Origin: the human T2T-CHM13v2.0 reference genome, Homo sapiens
Reading direction: 5' to 3' (one strand)
Assembly: GCF_009914755.1 (NCBI RefSeq)
Contig: NC_060934.1
Length of the DNA: 64,000 nt
The first letter of the stretch is position 1, and each line of letters starts with the position of its first letter. The notes under the pieces are model-generated. The model saw only the letters and a program-made list of their open reading frames with translations, made no database searches and was not told the origin of the DNA. The translations under genes were made by a program, and so were the position numbers. Positions 56,318-64,000 of this stretch are shown here, one piece after another.

Positions 56318-56351
56318 TTTTTTTAAGTTAAATCCACAGATAATGGGCTAT

Positions 56352-56761
56352 TGTGTTAAGCTGTTCTTGAGTTGCTATACAGAAATATCTGAGACTGGGT
56401 AATTTAATAAGAAAAGAGGTTTAATTGGCTCATGGTCATGCAGGGTGTGCAGGAAGCATGGTGTTAGCATCTGCTTCCAGGGAGTTCTCAGGAAGCTTCC
56501 AATCATGGCGGAAGGGGAAGTGGGGGCAGGCACATCACATGGTGAAAGCAGGAGCACGAGAGAGAGGGGGGCGATCATGACTAGATCTCACAAGAACCCA
56601 CTATTGCGAGGACAACACCAAGAGGATGGTGCTAAACCATTCACGAGAAATCTGCCCCACAATCCAGTCAATCCAGTCACCTTCTGCCAGGCCCTACATC
56701 CAGTGCTGGGGACAACAAATCCACATGAAATTTCGCAGGAACACAGATCCACATCATGTTA
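56352..56761 (-). mobile_element. MSTB-like MaLR LTR
   Basis: Perfect TSD gctat at 56347-56351 and 56762-56766. Confidence 0.88.
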
Positions 56762-56849
56762 GCTATCAAAAAATAGTTTTATGATAGAAATTCCCAAGCT
56801 TATCAAATAAAAAAATCACTTGGTAATGTCAGTTTCTCACAGGACAATC

Positions 56850-57580
<731 letters not shown>

Positions 57581-57644
57581 GTATTTTTACTTTCTGTTTC
57601 CTATTTATTAACTACCTCAAAAGGTGATATCTGTAAAACACATA

Positions 57645-57918
57645 GCCTGTAATCCCAGCACTTTGGGAGGCCAAGGCATGTGGTCACCTAAGGTCAGGAG
57701 TTCGAGACCAACCTGGCCAACATGGTGAAACCCCATCTCTACTAAAAATACAAAAATTAGCGGGGTGTGGTGGCGGGCACCTGTAATCCACCTGGGAGGC
57801 TGAAGCAGGAGAATTGCTTGAACCAGAGAGGCAGAGGTTGCAGTGAGCCGGGATAGCACCACTGCACTTCAGCCTGGGTGACAGAGCAAGACTCCATCTC
57901 AAACAAACAAACAAAACA
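57645..57918 (+). mobile_element. Alu (AluSx-like), 5'-truncated
   Basis: TSD aaaacacatagc at 57635-57646 and 57919-57930. Confidence 0.94.
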
Positions 57919-58109
57919 AAAACACATAGCACAGTGCTCAGAATGCAATATGTGCTCAGTAGATAAATATTAGCATTATTCAGTATCTCTTGAGTAAGAA
58001 AATGCATGTTCACATATGGACGTGTAACCCCAGCCTAACTGCTCAGCTGCTAGATAGGACATCACTATTCAGCCTGTCAGCAGGTGCCCTGATCAGAAAT
58101 GTCATTGTT

Positions 58110-58448
<339 letters not shown>

Positions 58449-58861
58449 TCACCCCCAGCTTGAGAAAGGGATGGAAATGTAACCTAAATGTTAATTTATA
58501 GCAAAACAAATAGAATCAGGGCCATGCATTTGGTAATGTTAATGTTTATGTTAATAAGCTCCCGGGTGACAGCCTTTTGAGATACCAGAGATAATGACAT
58601 TGTGGTGTACACTTATCTGACAAATGTTTATATGCATACACGCTGAGCCTGTGTCCACTGATAGTAAGGATGCAGACATTTGGTGTTTATGTCGATGATT
58701 CTATTCTCAAACTGACACTTTATTTACACTATAGCTATTGTCTTTAGCAGAGGTGTAATAGTGCTTTTAGAACGTAAATCTTCAAAATATTAAATTTGGG
58801 AAGGAAAGAATCTGCGTTTTTGTTTGTTCCTTTGTTCCAAAGTCTACCTTACTGGGGCCCT

Positions 58862-58897
58862 AGTGAGCCAAGATGGCACCACTGCACTCCAGCCTGG
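58862..58897 (+). mobile_element. Isolated 36-nt Alu right-arm fragment
   Basis: agtgagccaagatggcaccactgcactccagcctgg with non-Alu flanks. Confidence 0.85.
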
Positions 58898-59841
58898 ATC
58901 AGATTTTTGTTCAACTAAAAGGCAAGCAACAAGGAAGCAAAGACTGACCCTCAGCGGGGATTGGCTGGAATGAATGTATACATCAATAAGCAATAAACCT
59001 CATTGTTGATTGGTATGCGAGGCTAACCTCGATGGAACCTTCCAGTTGTGTTGCTTGATGAGGAGAAGGGAAGGCTTGAGGGATCCTCTGAGCTCCATGC
59101 CACACCCAGCCCCTCAGCGCTCGCAGGCCTGTTTCCTTACCCTTTGGCTCGGGTTGCACAGTGAATGGGATGCAGGTGTGGAGTTAGTCAAGGTCTGCTT
59201 ACTAAGCAGAATGAAAGAGGAGAGGAAAAGTTCAACTCCACATGTGCAGAGGAAGCCAATGGCTCCCTGGGGGAGAGAGAAAGCCCTGGCCAGAGTTGTG
59301 CAGGCAGAGCTGTGTGCTAGGTGGAATATTTCATAAATACAAGTGATAGAGGCAGCAAGATGGTAATTAACATAATATTCACATCAAATTAGCAGCCCAA
59401 GGGGACAGAGGCAGAGAGGGGTGAACCTCTTTCTATCACTGACAGGATCCTCAGAAGAACTTTTATTTTCCATTTTTCTTTGTGCATCTAAGTTCTGTTT
59501 TATTAATAACTGGACAAATGCAGATTTCTCAGATGTCTTATTCACTACATCTGGACCACGCAGGTGAAGCTATTTAGGGTTATCTCTCATCTGGGAAAAT
59601 TTCGAGCCCATAACTTATAAAAATCTCTTCATAAACTGACATCATGGATATCCTGATGAGATGTAGTGGGAGAACACACAGAACTTGTATCATATTTGTG
59701 CCCAAAAGGTGTAACCTGGACTTAAAATCAGAAAACATCAGAAAAATCCAGAATGTAGACACTTCCCCCCAAAAACTGGGCTGGGTTCTGTAAAGAAATG
59801 TCATGTTCTGACATTCAATGTCACAACAGGCCAAAATAAAC

Positions 59842-60733
<892 letters not shown>

Positions 60734-60789
60734 AAGCAAGCAAACACACAAACAAAACAACAGCAATTAAAACAACAAACCAAAAAAAA

Positions 60790-61170
60790 AAAAAAAAGGC
60801 AAGAGAGTGCTCTGTATTAAAAGAAACAAAATGAGAAACTTTGACTAAACCACTATAAAGGACATTATTTAGACTACTGGGGACTCTGAATATGGATTCT
60901 GTATTAAATAATATTGATATTAAATTTCTTGGGTGTGATCACACGATTTTGATTATGTAGGAGAATGTTCTTTTTCTTAGGAGATACCTAGAATACCTGT
61001 CACACCTAGCAGTGAAGTATTGTGTTGTTTCTGATTTTTAAATGGGAAAGAGAAAAAGAGAGGACATGTGCAAAATGTTAACAATTGATAAAAGGATATC
61101 CTGGTATTCATTATACAATCTTTCAACTTTTCTGTAAGATTAAAATTTTTCCAAATGAAAAGTTGAAAGG
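60790..61170 (+). mobile_element. L1MC-like 3' end
   Basis: gattatgtaggagaatgttcttt...ttcaacttttctgtaagattaaaattttttccaaatgaaaagttg. Confidence 0.7.
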
Positions 61171-61879
61171 TAGGAATTATATTCTTTCCTAAGACATTTT
61201 TTATTTATAAAGCTGACACCATGGCCAGGTAAGTCTGTAGGATCCCAAGGAATAACAATCCCACAAAGAGTTCACCAGCAGAAGTGAAGGAGCAGAGGAT
61301 GCCTGGTGAGCACTTGTCCCTCAATCCACAGAGGGAAAGAGCACAGAGCTCATGCTTCCCTGGTCATGAGTGCCAACTACCAACCCACTGGCTACAGCTG
61401 CCAACAAGTCCTGACCTCAAGATGAAAGTACATGGGGCCCCAAAGACAACCATAGGGTTGTACTGCCAGGACATAACTGACTGAATACGGACCCAGAGAC
61501 TACTACTTAATATAGCACTTGTCCAATATGAGTAATGGGGTTCTTTCTTTCTCATTCTCTCTATTTTAATCAGAAATAGAGGATAATTCTAATTCAGGCA
61601 CGTTAAGTACCTCATATGAAGTTAGTCATCACTCTCTCCTGGAGTTCCCTGATTTAATTAGCATGGAAGTTAAGAAGTCCTTGAAGCTTTTTTCAGCAAT
61701 GATTCACCCCCAATTCTAAGGCTGAGGCAGAAATGATCCCTTTATCAGTTATCAGTGATGCTGCCTCTATCTCTTTAATCCGCAGAAGCAAGAGTTAGAA
61801 GAGATTCTTTACACAAGTCCATAACTGAGGAAGGCTTTGGGATACTTGAAATTTCCCTCCATCAGTGAGTCAAGACATT

Positions 61880-62220
61880 CCATGTTCTGTGCTTTTGTCC
61901 GTGCTGTTCCCTTGTGTAGGAGGTTCTTTCTAACTTCTCCCCCTAGAGATCATTTATTTGCTATTCAAAATGCTTTTCCATTTTGAGTAGCTGCTCTGTG
62001 AAGGCTTCTGGGACTTCTCCCAGTATGAAGTCAGAGATTCCAAATCCATTCTACCCACCTCTACTCTGTTACACCAGAAACTTGCTCACTGCACTCAAAT
62101 TATATTGCTCTTTTTTCTCTCACTGAAGACCAGAAGATAGTGTGTGTCTCTGGTCTAGGGATGAATGAAGTAATCGGCCCTTGGTAGGTAGTCAGTAGAT
62201 ACTTGTTGAATGAATGAACA
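61880..62220 (+). mobile_element. L2 3' end
   Basis: ends cagtagatacttgttgaatgaatgaa. Confidence 0.65.
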
Positions 62221-62544
62221 GAAGTCATCATGGATATCCAGAAGGACCATATGGAATTGCAGAATTGGAATAACTCATTAGTGCACCAGTATCTCCCATT
62301 CACTCACAAGGATTAATTTATCAGGTTAGCTGGTGGTCACCTGGTAGAGAGCAGAGGCCTTAAGCAGAAATTAAGCAGAAGGGAGGGACATTAGCTCTGG
62401 CCTAAGTTAGACAGGTCCAGATGGCTCAACTTAGCAGGAACCATGGATGGCCGGGGCCAAGTGCCAGCAACCTGTGCCAGAGCATGGACAATCTCATTTC
62501 ATCTCATCAGCTGTGTTTCCAATGGAATCTTTTTTTAAGAGGAA

Positions 62545-62985
62545 GACTGTCCAACAGAAATGCGATGCAAGCCGCAAATGCAAACCTCACATGTAATTTA
62601 AAATTCCTTAGTATCTACATTAAAAAAGTAAAAAGAAATAAGTGAGCTCATTGTAGATACCATTCCTAATATAGATACTATCCCTTAGTATCTACATTAA
62701 AACAGTAAAAAGAAGTGAATGAACTTAATTTAAAATGTATTTTATTTGATGTGAAACATTATTATTTGATGTAAAAAATTATCTTAACACGTGAAAAATA
62801 TCGAAATATTATCTTAGCTCATGATCAATATCAACATTGTAATAGATCGTTTACATTCTTTGTTCTATTAAATCTCTGAAGCTCAGTGGTTATTTATACT
62901 TACAGCACATCTCAGTTCAGACTAGCCACATTTCAAGACCTCAACAGCCACATGTGGCCAGTGGCTGCCACATCATACAGAAGAG
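62545..62985. mobile_element. MER33 (hAT-Charlie) with internal duplication
   Basis: ctgtccaacagaaat...; cttacagcacatctcagttcagactagccacatttcaag...gccacatgtggccagtggctgcc. Confidence 0.82.
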
Positions 62986-63382
62986 CTTTCAATCTGAATC
63001 TCTAGCAACATTGATTAACCTTCAACTCCTTTTTAGTCAAAAGAAAGTGAGCCACGGGATAGAACAAGCCAACGGTCCTAGAATAATCAGTAGTCAGAGA
63101 GTAGTGAGCTTTTTGCTGTTAGAATCTCTTTCCTGATAACAGATGAAGACAATAAACACCAGAAGAAGAATTTCTAGTCTTCTCTCAGTTCAATCTAACA
63201 CATAATTAGTGCACATCTGTACCTGGAGTCTCTTTTCCTGTTTGTTTGGTTTTTTAAATTGTTTTCTCCTCACACATACTATATTTTATGCCCTGTGGAC
63301 ATATAAGCATAAAAAATTGACAGGAACTGAGTGAGATGTGGAAAATTTCATAATTTATTCAATAACATTAAAATAAAAAGCC

Positions 63383-63698
63383 AGTCGGGCATGGCGGCTC
63401 ATGCCTGTAATCCTAGCCCTTCGGGAGGCTGAGGCGGGTAGATCACTTGAAGTCAGGAGTTTGAGACCAGCCTGGCCAACATGATGAAACCCCATCTCTA
63501 CTAAAAATAGAAAAAAAAAAATTAGCTGGGCATGGTGGCGAGCCCCTGTAGTCCCAGCTACTCTGGAGGCTGAGTCATGAGAATTGCTTAAACTTGAGAG
63601 GTGGAGGTTTCAGTGAGCCAAGATTGTACCACTGCACTCCAGCCTGGGCGACAGAGTGAGACTCCATCACTCTCGAAAACAAAAACAAAAAAAGAAAA
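63383..63698 (+). mobile_element. Alu (AluSz-like)
   Basis: Full dimer with A-rich tail. Confidence 0.94.
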
Positions 63699-63826
63699 CA
63701 TTACCATGCCCCATCCCATATTAATACATAATCTCTAATTAAAAGGGAAACAGAGAATTTTGAATTACAGAAAATAAGGATTAAAAAGTCCAAAGAAAAA
63801 TCATTTCAACAAAAAAGCAGTGTACT

Positions 63827-64000
63827 GGCCAGGCGTGGTGGCTCACGCCTGTAATCCCAGCACTTGGATCACCTGAGGTCAGGAGTTTGAGACCAGCCTG
63901 GCCAACATGGCAAAACCCTGTCTCTACTAAAAATACAAAAATTAGCTGGGCATGGTGACACATGCCTGTAATCCCAGCTACTCAGGAGGCTGAGGAGAAT
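63827..64000 (+). mobile_element. Alu (AluSx-like), runs off window; internal deletion in left arm
   Basis: cagcacttggatcacctgagg junction lacks the gggaggccgaggc segment. Confidence 0.93.

Overview
Primate genomic DNA, most likely human or ape given an AluY-type copy; the exact locus cannot be determined from sequence alone. The window looks intergenic or deep-intronic. I find no credible protein-coding exon, tRNA, rRNA or CRISPR array; the long ORFs fall in Alu, LTR or low-complexity sequence. It holds about 38 Alu-family pieces (AluJ/S/Y, two FAM monomers), many ERVL-MaLR LTRs (THE1, MST, MLT1), ERVL LTRs (MLT2, LTR40-like, one CpG-rich solo LTR), a MER34-like ERV1 LTR, DNA-transposon relics (MER1A, MER5A, MER33, MER45, MER58A, MER81, Zaphod-like, Tigger3, piggyBac MER85), L1/L2/MIR fragments and microsatellites. 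Subfamily names come from recalled consensus features and need RepeatMasker/Dfam confirmation. The best leads are: a CpG-enriched non-repeat island at 44.6-45.3 kb with a well-formed non-coding exon and a possible terminal exon at 47.07 kb; motif-dense candidate enhancers at 8.6, 33.8 and 47.2 kb; a strong CTCF match at 11.85 kb; a 60-nt Alu-Alu gene-conversion-like tract; several templated-insertion or fold-back scars; a solo LTR with a hairpin at its predicted TSS; a (GGAA)15 array; and a MER85. I see no convincing evidence of a wholly new biological system; these are testable hypotheses.
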